Source: Verrucomicrobiia bacterium
GTDB taxonomy: Bacteria > Verrucomicrobiota > Verrucomicrobiia > Palsa-1439
Direction of reading: 5' to 3'
NCBI GenBank assembly: GCA_050008795.1
Contig: JBEKLX010000001.1
Coordinates: forward strand, 3,455-67,454
DNA length: 64,000 bases
The notes beneath the pieces are model-generated. The model saw nothing but the letters and a program-made list of their open reading frames with translations, searched no databases and was not told the DNA's origin. The position numbers and the translations under genes were made by a program. Shown here piece by piece: positions 8,519 through 18,250 of this stretch (its first letter is position 1; every line of letters starts with the position of its first letter).

Positions 8519-9970
8519 ATGAGTAATTCTGGACACAACATCCTGGCGATCGTCGGACGGCCAAACGTCGGTAAAAGCACGCTGTTTAACCGCATTGTTG
8601 GCCGCCGCATTGCCATTGTGCACCACGAGGCCGGTGTCACACGCGACCGCATCAGCGCGACGGCCCACTGGCGCGACAAAACTTTCGAGGCGGTGGATAC
8701 CGGCGGCATCGCGTTCATGGATGACGAAAAGACTGTTGACGCGCTGGCTGCGGCGACACAGCGTCAGGCCGAGGTGGCCATCGAAATGGCCAGCGCCATT
8801 GTATTGGTCGTGGACGTGGCCGAGGGTTTGACGCCTCTGGATCGGGAGATCGCGCGGAAGTTGCGCGTAAGTGGCAAACCCGTTTTTCTTGCAGTCAACA
8901 AGACCGACAACGCAGCTCGTATCGCCGGCGGCGCCGAGTTCTCGGCGCTGGGATTCGAACAAATGTTTTCAATCTCCGCTGCTCACGGTGGCGGCGTGCC
9001 GGAGTTGCTTGACGCTGTCGCCACCGGCTTCGTCGCATCAACGGCCATCGAGACCGCTCCGGCCCCGCGGATCGTCGTGGTCGGCCGCCCCAACGCAGGA
9101 AAATCCGCGCTCATCAACGCGATTATGAAGTCCGACCGCACGATCGTCAGCGAGATTCCGGGCACGACGCGTGATTCGGTGGATGTGCCTTTCATGTTGC
9201 GACAAGGCGATGCGGTGAAGCCGTACACGTTGGTGGACACGGCTGGGTTGCGGCACCGGAGCAAGATCCGATCGTCGGTGGACCAGTTCGGTCTGATGCG
9301 CGCCGAGCGCAGCATTCGCGAGTGTGATATCGCCGTGCTGGTGCTCGATGCTGTGGCTGGTGTGACGACACAAGATAAACGCATCGCGGGCCAGATCGCC
9401 GAGGCGAGACGCGGTTGCGTGATTCTCGTAAACAAATGGGATCTTGCCGCCGAACAGGAGCAGGCGACAACGGGTGAGAACGCGAAGGCCGCCAAGGACC
9501 GGCGAAGCAAACCAAAGTCGTTCCGCGAAGAATATCTGGAGGCATTGCGGCGCACGTTGTTTTTTGCGGACTGGGCGCCGGTATTGTTTGCGTCGGCCAA
9601 GACTGGTGCCGGGTTGAGCGAGTTGTTTGACCTGGTGGCCCGGGTCGAACAGGAGATGGCGCGGCGCATCGATACGCCGCAACTGAACAAGTTGCTCGAG
9701 CGAACGCTGGAAACGCATTCGCCCTCAATCGTGAACGGGAAACGGTTCAAGATTTATTATGCGTTTCAAAAAGCCACGCATCCGCCAACATTCACCCTGT
9801 TCGTCAACGACGCGAAGTGTCTGACGCAGCACTATGAGCGGTACCTGATTGCCCGAATCCGAGGGGCATGGGGCTTTGATGGCTGCCCTGTGGTCTTGGA
9901 ATGTCGGCAACATCACAAAAATAATGTTACGGAAACGCAACAAAATCGAGTCAATCAGAAGAGACGATGA
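8519..9970 (+). CDS. der: Ribosome-biogenesis GTPase Der (EngA)
   Basis: Two tandem GTPase domains (GRPNVGKST; GRPNAGKSA; DTAG; NKxD) followed by a KH-like C-terminal domain. Confidence 0.95.
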   Translation: MSNSGHNILAIVGRPNVGKSTLFNRIVGRRIAIVHHEAGVTRDRISATAHWRDKTFEAVDTGGIAFMDDEKTVDALAAATQRQAEVAIEMASAIVLVVDVAEGLTPLDREIARKLRVSGKPVFLAVNKTDNAARIAGGAEFSALGFEQMFSISAAHGGGVPELLDAVATGFVASTAIETAPAPRIVVVGRPNAGKSALINAIMKSDRTIVSEIPGTTRDSVDVPFMLRQGDAVKPYTLVDTAGLRHRSKIRSSVDQFGLMRAERSIRECDIAVLVLDAVAGVTTQDKRIAGQIAEARRGCVILVNKWDLAAEQEQATTGENAKAAKDRRSKPKSFREEYLEALRRTLFFADWAPVLFASAKTGAGLSELFDLVARVEQEMARRIDTPQLNKLLERTLETHSPSIVNGKRFKIYYAFQKATHPPTFTLFVNDAKCLTQHYERYLIARIRGAWGFDGCPVVLECRQHHKNNVTETQQNRVNQKRR

Positions 9971-9983
9971 TTTTTTGCTTGAA

Positions 9984-10032
9984 ACACAACATATGGGGTC
10001 TTAGTCTCCACGCAGCACAATACAATGGGGGT
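9984..10032 (+). promoter_or_regulatory. Two putative NrdR boxes upstream of nrdJ
   Basis: ACACAACATATGGGGT (9984-9999) and GCACAATACAATGGGGGT (10015-10032) lie ~31 bp centre-to-centre. This resembles the NrdR consensus acaCwAtATaTwGtgt and its two-box architecture. Confidence 0.5.
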
Positions 10033-10108
10033 TGGGGAATGCCGTTGAGCATGCGCAGCCTCCGTATTTACACAATTTTTTTTCGTACAACTTCGCTAGG
10101 AGGACAAG

Positions 10109-13100
10109 ATGATCGGTTTGAAGCAGGGGGCGGGGGCAGTGTCGTCGGCCAAATCCAAAGTTACCCACCAAGGAGTCGCGTCTGAGATGCAGTCCGCTGG
10201 GAATCACGGGAAGACCTCGAAGCGCAATCCCTCTGTCGCGGGACATCATGCGCCCAACGGGTCGGCACGAAAAACCGGGCTGGTCGTATCGCGGGTCTTC
10301 AGCAAGGCGGGCGTCAGTCCGTTCGACGAGATCGAGTGGGGACGGCGGACAGCGGAGATCACCGATGACACAGGCAAAATAATTTTCCGACAGGAAGATG
10401 TGGAGGTCCCGAAAAGCTGGTCGGTTCTGGCCACCAACGTCGTCGTCTCGAAATATTTCTACGGTGAGATCGGCACGCCGGAGCGGGAGCAGAGCGCGCG
10501 GCAACTGATCCACCGTGTTACGCGCACGATTGCCGACTGGGGGAAATCGCAGGGTTATTTCGCCGGCAACAAGGATGCCGAGACCTTTTATAACGAGCTT
10601 ACATGGCTCTGCATCAACCAGTATGGTTCGTTCAACTCGCCCGTATGGTTCAATTGCGGATTGCACCACCTGTACAACGTCGGCAATCACAGCGCTGCGG
10701 GCAACTATCATTTCGACCGCGTTTCCGGGACGATCAAACCTTCGAAGTCACAGTACGAATATCCGCAGTGCTCGGCCTGCTTCATCCAGTCGGTGGGCGA
10801 CACCATGGAAGACATCATGGAACTGGCCCGTAGCGAGGCCATGTTGTTCAAGTACGGCAGCGGGACCGGCACAGATCTTTCCACGCTCCGCAGTTCGTGT
10901 GAAAAACTCAGCGGCGGCGGTCGGCCCAGCGGCCCGATGTCGTTCCTGAAGGTGTACGACGCGATCGCCAGCGTCGTCAAATCCGGCGGCAAAACACGCC
11001 GCGCAGCGAAGATGAACACCTTGAAAGTCTGGCATCCAGACATCAAGGAATTCATCGAAGCCAAAATCAACGAAGAGAAAAAGGCGTGGGCGCTGATCGA
11101 GCGGGGTTACTCCGGAAATTTCAACGGCAACGCGTATGGATCGGTGTTGTTCCAGAATGAGAACCTCAGCGTCCGCGTAACTGACGATTTCATGCGGGCG
11201 GTGCTCGACGACCGCGACTGGCAGACGCACTATGTAACCAACCCGAACAAGCCCGGCCCTACGTATAAGGCGCGTGCCCTGATGCGCAGCATCGCCGAGG
11301 GTACTTGGACGTGCGGCGACCCCGGCGTCCAGTACGAGGACACGATTCAACGCTGGCACACGTGTAAGAACACGGCGCCGATCAACTCCAGCAATCCGTG
11401 CAGCGAGTACATGTTCCTCGACAATAGCGCCTGCAATCTCGCATCGCTGAATCTGATGAAGTTTCTCCGCGACGATGGCACGCTCGACGTGGAACGTCTC
11501 AAGTCGGCTGTGGAGATTTTCGTGACGGCGCAGGAAATTCTCGTGGACAACTCCAGTTATCCGACGGAAACCATCGCGGCCAACAGCCACAAGTTCCGTC
11601 CGCTGGGACTTGGGTACGCCAACCTGGGTTCGCTCATAATGGCGCTGGGGTTGCCCTACGATGGCAATGAAGGTCGCGCGCTTGCGGGCGCTCTCACGGC
11701 GATCCTGCATCTGCACGCCTACACGCAATCGGCGCGCATGGCCGAGCGGCTCGGCACATTCGTTGGATTCGCGGCGAACCGCGAGCCGATGTTGCAAGTG
11801 GTCGAGATGCACCGTGACGCGGTCAAACGGATTGACCCGAGTTGCCCAGTCTATCTGCGCGAAGCGGCGCAACGCTGCGGGGATGCAGCGGTTGAACTGG
11901 GGCGGCGCTCCGGGTACCGCAACGCGCAAGTCACGGTCCTGGCGCCCACGGGCACCATTGCGTTCATGATGGATTGCGATACCACGGGTGTCGAACCAGA
12001 CATCGCGCTGGTAAAATACAAACTGCTTGCCGGCGGCGGGATGTTGAAAATCGTTAATCGCACCGTTCCGATGGCCCTGAAGAAACTTGGCTACAATGAA
12101 AGTCAGATCACGGACATTGTGCGGTATATTGATAAGAACGACACCATCGAAGGCGCCCCGCACCTTAAGAACGAGCATTTGCCCGTGTTCGACTGTGCTT
12201 TTCGTCCCGCAAAAGGACAACGCAGCATTCATTACATGGCGCATCTGCGCATGATGGCCGCCACGCAACCATTACTCAGCGGCGCCATCTCGAAAACAGT
12301 GAATTTGCCGCAAGAGTCCACCGTCGAGGACGTGATGAACGTCTACATCGAGGGCTGGAAGCTGGGTTTGAAAGCCGTGGCCATCTATCGCGACGGTTCC
12401 AAACGGTCGCAGCCGCTTTCGACCTCCAAGAACAACGGCGAGTCGGCCGCCATGATCAGCGGCGCGGAGGCCGGGACATTGAAGGCGCGGCTGGCCGAAC
12501 TGGAAGCCGAATTGGAAATCTTGCGCACGCGACTGGGCACGCCTAAGCGGCACCGATTACCCGACACACGCCATGCCGTGACGCACAAGTTCGACATCGC
12601 GGGCCACGAAGGTTACATCACCGTCGGTCTGTTCGAGAACGACCAACCCGGCGAACTGTTCATCACGATGGCAAAGGAAGGTTCGACCATAGGCGGCTTG
12701 ATGGACACCATCGGCACGCTGGTCAGTCTTGCGCTGCAATACGGCGTACCGCTGGAAACGCTGGTCAACAAGTTCGCGCACCAGCGGTTTGAGCCGAGCG
12801 GGTTTACAAAGAATCCGGATATTCCGATCGCCAAGTCCATCTCCGACTACTTGTTCCGCTGGCTTGGTCATAGGTTCATCCCCGGTTACCGCGAGGCCAA
12901 CACGTCGAACGTCGGTCAAACCGAACTGCCATTGAAGGAAGTGGCGGAACAGGAACGTAAAGCGGTCAATCGCCCTGTAAAAGAGCTGGAGCAAACGGGC
13001 GACCAGCCGCCGCACCCCCGCGAAGGCGGGGTTGCGGGCAATCCAGTTGATGAAGCTGCGACGCCGGTCCAAAAACTCAACCGGACCGTGCAGCATTTCA

Positions 13101-13201
13101 TGCAGGACGCGCCCGCCTGCGACATCTGTGGCGCAATCACCGTCCGAAACGGCGCCTGCTACAAGTGCCTCAACTGCGGTAATTCTATGGGTTGCTCGTA
13201 G
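10109..13201 (+). CDS. nrdJ: Ribonucleoside-diphosphate reductase, class II (adenosylcobalamin-dependent)
   Basis: 1030 aa. Carries class II RNR signatures (NSPVWFNCG, CSACF, NPCSEYMFLDNSACNLASLNL, TVLAPTGTIAF) and a C-terminal zinc ribbon (CDICG...CYKCLNCG). An AGGAGG RBS precedes the ATG. Confidence 0.9.
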   Translation: MIGLKQGAGAVSSAKSKVTHQGVASEMQSAGNHGKTSKRNPSVAGHHAPNGSARKTGLVVSRVFSKAGVSPFDEIEWGRRTAEITDDTGKIIFRQEDVEVPKSWSVLATNVVVSKYFYGEIGTPEREQSARQLIHRVTRTIADWGKSQGYFAGNKDAETFYNELTWLCINQYGSFNSPVWFNCGLHHLYNVGNHSAAGNYHFDRVSGTIKPSKSQYEYPQCSACFIQSVGDTMEDIMELARSEAMLFKYGSGTGTDLSTLRSSCEKLSGGGRPSGPMSFLKVYDAIASVVKSGGKTRRAAKMNTLKVWHPDIKEFIEAKINEEKKAWALIERGYSGNFNGNAYGSVLFQNENLSVRVTDDFMRAVLDDRDWQTHYVTNPNKPGPTYKARALMRSIAEGTWTCGDPGVQYEDTIQRWHTCKNTAPINSSNPCSEYMFLDNSACNLASLNLMKFLRDDGTLDVERLKSAVEIFVTAQEILVDNSSYPTETIAANSHKFRPLGLGYANLGSLIMALGLPYDGNEGRALAGALTAILHLHAYTQSARMAERLGTFVGFAANREPMLQVVEMHRDAVKRIDPSCPVYLREAAQRCGDAAVELGRRSGYRNAQVTVLAPTGTIAFMMDCDTTGVEPDIALVKYKLLAGGGMLKIVNRTVPMALKKLGYNESQITDIVRYIDKNDTIEGAPHLKNEHLPVFDCAFRPAKGQRSIHYMAHLRMMAATQPLLSGAISKTVNLPQESTVEDVMNVYIEGWKLGLKAVAIYRDGSKRSQPLSTSKNNGESAAMISGAEAGTLKARLAELEAELEILRTRLGTPKRHRLPDTRHAVTHKFDIAGHEGYITVGLFENDQPGELFITMAKEGSTIGGLMDTIGTLVSLALQYGVPLETLVNKFAHQRFEPSGFTKNPDIPIAKSISDYLFRWLGHRFIPGYREANTSNVGQTELPLKEVAEQERKAVNRPVKELEQTGDQPPHPREGGVAGNPVDEAATPVQKLNRTVQHFMQDAPACDICGAITVRNGACYKCLNCGNSMGCS

Positions 13202-14177
13202 CCGGTGGACGGAAGTACTTCTTCACCCAGAGTAGGTAGCCGAACAGCGGCAGTGGACAGATCAACATCAACAGGAATAAGTTGCCGCCTTTGAAAAAAC
13301 TGTACTGTTCGATCTGCGCGATCTGCTGTTCCGGATAGCCCATCAGCCGGTACATCTCGATCGGGTCCACCCGCGCAAATGTTATCAGCGAGGACGCCAT
13401 CATCACCCCAACACCAATCAGGATGATCCACCAGCCGGCGGACTTGAGCCGGTACGCGGCCCACGCACAGTAACCCCACAGCGCAATCATCACCAGAATC
13501 AGCAAAGTCCCCGGTGCGCCGGTTAATAAGCGTCCGAAGAATGGCATCACGCTGTGGTACACCACCAGCATTGGCAGCATCGACACCGCGCTAAACCCGA
13601 GCAAGAGGCTCAGCGCGAGCACGGGCAACGGACAAGCATCGGTCCAGCGCACCACCGGGTCGCGCGCCTCGCATGTAGCCTTCACGTGCGGGCTACGGTA
13701 AAACAGCACCAGCATGCCCGGCAGCACCAAAAAGATCACGCTTATGAACCCCAGCGCAACGATCATCACCACGACCAGCGTCGTCTCCGGCAATTGGTGA
13801 CCACCGGACGGCTGGTTGGCAAAAACCGACGGCAGGAAAAATGCCATGAAACCGATCATGAAAATGCCCGTCACCAGCCAGATCCACGCCAGAATCAGCA
13901 ACAGCGCGCGCGCCCAACGACGGGCCATGATCGAGCCGATGCCGAGCCAGACGAACGCCACCGCCAGCAAGGCATATATCAGGGCCGCGGGAGCCATCAT
14001 GCTGTAATTCGGCGCACCACCTGTCGCCTTCGTGGACATCATTTGGCCCAGGAACATCAGCGGCACGAACAAAGCGCAGACACACCCGATGACAATCATT
14101 ATGATGCCAAAACAGATGAGGCCGCCACGGCGATCCTTGAATCCGGAGCCGGATGAAACAGACATTGTTTGGTTCAT
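13185..14177 (-). CDS. Hypothetical polytopic membrane protein
   Basis: 330 aa with about eight predicted TM helices and no recognisable motif. Its 3' end overlaps the nrdJ end by 17 bp (convergent). Confidence 0.55.
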   Translation of the reverse strand: MNQTMSVSSGSGFKDRRGGLICFGIIMIVIGCVCALFVPLMFLGQMMSTKATGGAPNYSMMAPAALIYALLAVAFVWLGIGSIMARRWARALLLILAWIWLVTGIFMIGFMAFFLPSVFANQPSGGHQLPETTLVVVMIVALGFISVIFLVLPGMLVLFYRSPHVKATCEARDPVVRWTDACPLPVLALSLLLGFSAVSMLPMLVVYHSVMPFFGRLLTGAPGTLLILVMIALWGYCAWAAYRLKSAGWWIILIGVGVMMASSLITFARVDPIEMYRLMGYPEQQIAQIEQYSFFKGGNLFLLMLICPLPLFGYLLWVKKYFRPPATSNP

Positions 14178-14374
14178 GGCAAGTATCTCCTTATTCCTTA
14201 TTCGCCTAGACTCGTGCGCATGATACCACCGAACAACGCAGGCTGGTCAAACCCATTCGCCTCGGGGTTTTCTGAGATGATCGAAATAGCACGCATGGAG
14301 AAAAATGTTGCAGCAGCAAGAGGAATGCTGCAAAAGAAGCGCGTGAGTGATGGATCATCTGAGGAACTAGCGCG

Positions 14375-15190
14375 ATGATACCGAATGTCAAGGAGGCCAA
14401 GGAGTTTCTGGAGTCGAAACTGGCCGGGTTCAAACCGGATCTGGCGCTCATGACCGGTTCAGGTCTGGGCGACGTCGCCAAAGCGGTGGCCAATCCGGTC
14501 GTGATTTCGTACGGGGATATTCCCGGCTTCCCAAAATCGTCTGTGCCGGGTCATGCGGCCCAAATGTTGTTCGGGGAGTTGGCTGGGAAAAAAGTGGCAG
14601 TCCTGATGGGGCGCTTTCACCTGTACGAGGGGCGCACGTTGCTCGAGGTCACCTACCCGATCCACGTCGTGGATGCTCTCGGCATCAAAATACTGATCAC
14701 CACCAATGCCGCGGGCGGAATCAACCCGCAGTACAAGCCCGGCGATCTGATGATCATCGAAGACCACATTAATTTCATGGGCGTCAACCCGTTGCTCGGC
14801 GGTCTCGGCGAGAATAGCGGCATTAAGTTTCTCGATTTGTCACAAGTCTACTCGACCCGGTTGCGGGAAAAACTGGACGACGCCGCTGAGAAACTGCATC
14901 TGCCCATTTGGCGCGGTGTTTATCTAGCTACGACCGGCCCGGTCTACGAAACGCCGGCGGAGGTCAAGGCGTTCGCATGGATCGGCGCCGACGCCGTCGG
15001 CATGAGCACCGTACCCGAAGTCATCATCGCGCGATACCACAATATTGAAGTTGCGGGCATTTCCTGCATCACCAATCTTGCCGCTGGTATCGGCAGCAAA
15101 AAACTGTCGCACGACGAAGTTCTGCAAGTAGCCGCCGCTGCTCAGGGGAACCTGACCAAACTGCTGACAGAATTTATCGGCACGCTGTGA
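14375..15190 (+). CDS. punA: Purine nucleoside phosphorylase (PNP/MTAP family I)
   Basis: 271 aa with PNP family I motifs (MTGSGLG, HVVDALGIKILITTNAAGG, VGMSTVPE). Confidence 0.85.
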   Translation: MIPNVKEAKEFLESKLAGFKPDLALMTGSGLGDVAKAVANPVVISYGDIPGFPKSSVPGHAAQMLFGELAGKKVAVLMGRFHLYEGRTLLEVTYPIHVVDALGIKILITTNAAGGINPQYKPGDLMIIEDHINFMGVNPLLGGLGENSGIKFLDLSQVYSTRLREKLDDAAEKLHLPIWRGVYLATTGPVYETPAEVKAFAWIGADAVGMSTVPEVIIARYHNIEVAGISCITNLAAGIGSKKLSHDEVLQVAAAAQGNLTKLLTEFIGTL

Positions 15191-15606
15191 ACCTCGCGCC
15201 ATCCACCCTGCGCCGCTTGATTATCGCTGCCCTAGCTGCACGCCGCAATGCTCATGCCCCCTACTCCCGGTTTCGGGTTGGAGCTGCGCTACTTACCGCC
15301 AACGGCAGGATTTATACGGGCGTCAACGTCGAGAACGCCAGTTACGGCCTTACGATTTGCGCCGAACGCGTAGCCATCGGCAAGGCAGTCAGTGACGGTC
15401 ATCGCCGGTTTCGTGCCATTGCCATTGCCGCGCCGAGCGCGAATCCGGCTCCATGTGGCGCATGCCGGCAAGTGTTGGCTGAGTTTGGCGATTGCATTGT
15501 CATTTGCGTTGATTCACGTCATCCGCGCCGCCAGGCGTCGACGCAGGCGCGCCGCGTCCGGGTCCACCAATTAGCAGATCTGCTCCCACACGCTTTCCGC
15601 AAATGA
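15187..15606 (+). CDS. cdd: Cytidine deaminase
   Basis: Zinc-binding CMP/dCMP deaminase motifs (CAER...PCGACRQ). The GTG start overlaps the punA stop (GTGA). Confidence 0.85.
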   Translation: MNLAPSTLRRLIIAALAARRNAHAPYSRFRVGAALLTANGRIYTGVNVENASYGLTICAERVAIGKAVSDGHRRFRAIAIAAPSANPAPCGACRQVLAEFGDCIVICVDSRHPRRQASTQARRVRVHQLADLLPHAFRK

Positions 15607-15624
15607 ACCCCGTGGGACGATCCA

Positions 15625-15664
15625 CTGTCACAAAATCGTAACGTTGCCGTTGTGAAACCGTCAC
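15625..15664 (+). promoter_or_regulatory. Extended Pho box (PhoB-binding site) upstream of phoB
   Basis: Four direct 7-mers at 11-bp periodicity: CTGTCAC(15625) AAAA TCGTAAC(15636) GTTG CCGTTGT(15647) GAAA CCGTCAC(15658). The Pho-box consensus is CTGTCAT-N4-CTGTCAT. Confidence 0.7.
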
Positions 15665-15686
15665 GCGTCTGATACAAGCTGACATC

Positions 15687-16367
15687 ATGAGCGAAACGAT
15701 TCTGATCGTGGACGACGAACAGGACGTGCTTGACCTGTTGGCGTTCAACCTGCAGAAGGCGGGTTTCAAGACAATCGCGGCGCGTGACGGCGCAACGGCG
15801 CTGCAGAAGGCGCGCGACGCCATGCCCGCGTTGATCGTCCTCGATCTGATGCTGCCGCAGATCGAAGGCACCGAGGTCTGCCGTCAACTCAAGGTTGACC
15901 CGAAAACGGCGCATATCCCCATCATAATGCTCACGGCGAAGGCGGAAGAGGTCGATCGAGTTGTCGGGCTGGAACTCGGCGCCGATGATTACGTCACCAA
16001 GCCGTTCAGTCCGCGCGAGCTGGCGTTGCGAGTCAAAACAATCCTGCGCCGCGCTTCGGGGCGGAGCGCGCCGACGGAGGTATTCAAGGTCGGTGATATG
16101 GTGCTGGACTTGGCCAAGCATGAAGTCACGGTCAAAGGCAAGCCGGTCGAACTGACAGCCACGGAGTTCAAGTTGCTGACGACGTTGCTGGAACGCCGCG
16201 GGCGAGTCCAAACCCGTGATCGGTTATTGATGGACGTATGGGGCTACGAAGGTGAAATGGATACACGGACTGTGGACACGCATGTGCGGCGCCTCCGGGA
16301 GAAGCTCGGTAAAACCGCCGATCTGATTGAAACCGTGCGCGGAGTTGGTTATCGTCTAGCCGAGTAA
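15687..16367 (+). CDS. phoB: Phosphate-regulon response regulator (OmpR/PhoB family)
   Basis: Receiver domain (DDE...D...K) plus a winged-helix domain. Pho box upstream, and adjacent to a PhoR-like kinase. Confidence 0.85.
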   Translation: MSETILIVDDEQDVLDLLAFNLQKAGFKTIAARDGATALQKARDAMPALIVLDLMLPQIEGTEVCRQLKVDPKTAHIPIIMLTAKAEEVDRVVGLELGADDYVTKPFSPRELALRVKTILRRASGRSAPTEVFKVGDMVLDLAKHEVTVKGKPVELTATEFKLLTTLLERRGRVQTRDRLLMDVWGYEGEMDTRTVDTHVRRLREKLGKTADLIETVRGVGYRLAE

Positions 16368-16370
16368 CCC

Positions 16371-18167
16371 TTGAAGCTGACCCTGCCATGGCGGTGGTTT
16401 TTCGGGGTTGCGGTGTTGCTGACCGCGCTCCTGTTCAGCGTCAACGTCTGTTTGGATCTCACCCTGCCACCGTTTCTGGTCCGAAAGATCCGGACGGATC
16501 TCGAACGCGATGCGATCATCACCCGTGAATTGTTCGTTTCCCAACTATCAGTAACCCAGCCCGACTCGGAGGAAATCAATCGTCTCGCCCATGCTTTGGC
16601 AGCAAAAACGGGGTTGCGCATCACGGTGATTGCCGCCGACGGCACAGTGCTTGGCGAATCCGATAAGCCAGCGACCGAGTTGCACGCCATCGAGAATCAC
16701 CTGAGTCGACCCGAGGTGCAACAGGCTCTCGAAACGGGCGTCGGTGTCGCCACGCGTCATAGCGACACCATCGGAGTGGATCTCATGTACGTGGCTGTCC
16801 CCGTAAGGAATGAGCATGTGGCAGGTTTTGTGCGCGTGGCGTTGCCGCTGCACGAAATTGCGCAGACAAGTGCTCACGTCCGCCGCATCGTCGCTTGGGC
16901 CAGCATTGCGGTCGGCTGCGTTTGTATTCCATTTGTATTTTGGCTGGCCGGGCGAACGAGCCGTCCGATTCTGCAGATGTGCCGCGTTGCGGAACGTGTC
17001 GCGCGCGGCGATTTTTCCAGAAGCGTCAGCATGCGTGTCGGCGGCGAGCTGGGCGAGTTGGCGTCGGCGTTGAACGATATGTCCACCCAGTTGGAAGCGC
17101 ACCTGCGGGACTTGAATCGCGAGCGGTCTGACTTGGGCGCGATTCTGGCCAATATGACCGAGGGGGTGCTCGTTACCGACCCCGCTGGCCGAATTCGTCT
17201 CATCAACAATGCGTTGCGCCGCCAGCATGGAGTCGGGGACGAGGTTGTGGGAAAGACGGTGATTGAAGCCTTTCGCAACGCCGTGTTGCAGGACGTGGTA
17301 GCCAGTGCCGCGCACCAGAACGACGTGCCTCCGCAGGAGTTAATTCTCCTTAGCCCCGCCGAACGCATCTTTGAGGTGAACGCCGCCGCATTGCGCGCCC
17401 CGGATGGTAACTGCGCAGGCGTGGTGCTTGTCTTCCACGATATCACGCGGCTGAAACGACTGGAAAACGTCCGCAAGGAATTCGTTGCCAACGTCAGCCA
17501 CGAATTGCGTACGCCGTTGTCAGCGATCAAAGGTTATGTCGAGGCGTTGTTGGACGAACAGCCGCCGACGCCTGAGACCGCCAGACAATTTTTGGAGACA
17601 ATTGAGAAGAACTCGCGTCGGCTGGAGGCGCTCATCAACGATTTGCTGACTATTTCGGCGTTGGAATCGCAGCAGGCGTCGCTTGACCTCAAGCGGGTCA
17701 ATCCGCGCGCTGCTGCCGAAACTGCCGTGGAGGAACTGGCGGCGCAAGCGGCACGCAAATCCGTCACTCTGACGGTGGAAATTCCTACGGAGGTTCCTTT
17801 CGTGTCCGCCGACGCGGAGCGATTACACCAGGTTTTTCTCAACCTGCTGGACAACGCCATCAAGTACACCCAGGACGGCGGCCGCGTTGTCATCTCGGCA
17901 CGGGAAAACGCGGGCGAGATAGAGGTATGCGTGGCCGATAACGGTCCCGGCATTGGCGCTGAGCATCTGCCGCGCATTTTCGAGCGGTTCTACCGCGTGG
18001 ACAAGGCCCGCAGCCGTGAACTGGGCGGAACGGGACTCGGACTATCCATCGTCAAGCACATCGTCCAAGCCCACGGCGGTCGCGTCTGGGTCGAAAGTTC
18101 ACCCCGCTCCGGGCGGGGCGAACTCGGCCATGGCAGCCGTTTCTTCTTCACCCTGCCCCGCGCCTGA
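16371..18167 (+). CDS. phoR: Sensor histidine kinase (PhoR-like; TM-HAMP-PAS-HisKA-HATPase)
   Basis: 598 aa with TM helices, the H-box SHELRTPL and ATPase N/G boxes (DNGPGI, GGTGLGL). TTG start 4 nt after the phoB stop. Confidence 0.8.
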   Translation: MKLTLPWRWFFGVAVLLTALLFSVNVCLDLTLPPFLVRKIRTDLERDAIITRELFVSQLSVTQPDSEEINRLAHALAAKTGLRITVIAADGTVLGESDKPATELHAIENHLSRPEVQQALETGVGVATRHSDTIGVDLMYVAVPVRNEHVAGFVRVALPLHEIAQTSAHVRRIVAWASIAVGCVCIPFVFWLAGRTSRPILQMCRVAERVARGDFSRSVSMRVGGELGELASALNDMSTQLEAHLRDLNRERSDLGAILANMTEGVLVTDPAGRIRLINNALRRQHGVGDEVVGKTVIEAFRNAVLQDVVASAAHQNDVPPQELILLSPAERIFEVNAAALRAPDGNCAGVVLVFHDITRLKRLENVRKEFVANVSHELRTPLSAIKGYVEALLDEQPPTPETARQFLETIEKNSRRLEALINDLLTISALESQQASLDLKRVNPRAAAETAVEELAAQAARKSVTLTVEIPTEVPFVSADAERLHQVFLNLLDNAIKYTQDGGRVVISARENAGEIEVCVADNGPGIGAEHLPRIFERFYRVDKARSRELGGTGLGLSIVKHIVQAHGGRVWVESSPRSGRGELGHGSRFFFTLPRA

Positions 18168-18250
18168 GCGTAAGTTGTGCGGCTTTCCCAATCCGTAACA
18201 TTCACGTCACTCGACCGCCATATTTGTCCCGTAGTGTTCCTCCAAAAGCT

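Noticed and set aside
10748-12268. 506-aa ORF on the minus strand inside nrdJ. Similar long antisense ORFs lie at 24245-25168 (in pstB/phoU), 30708-31823 (in murA), 42312-42950 (in tolC), 3264-4058 (in dnaX), 63076-63798 (in GH57) and 16874-17530 (in phoR).
   Set aside because: High-GC genomes generate long stop-free antisense frames. All of these lie antisense to genes with strong homology signatures and show low-complexity, Arg/Ala/Pro-rich composition with no motifs.
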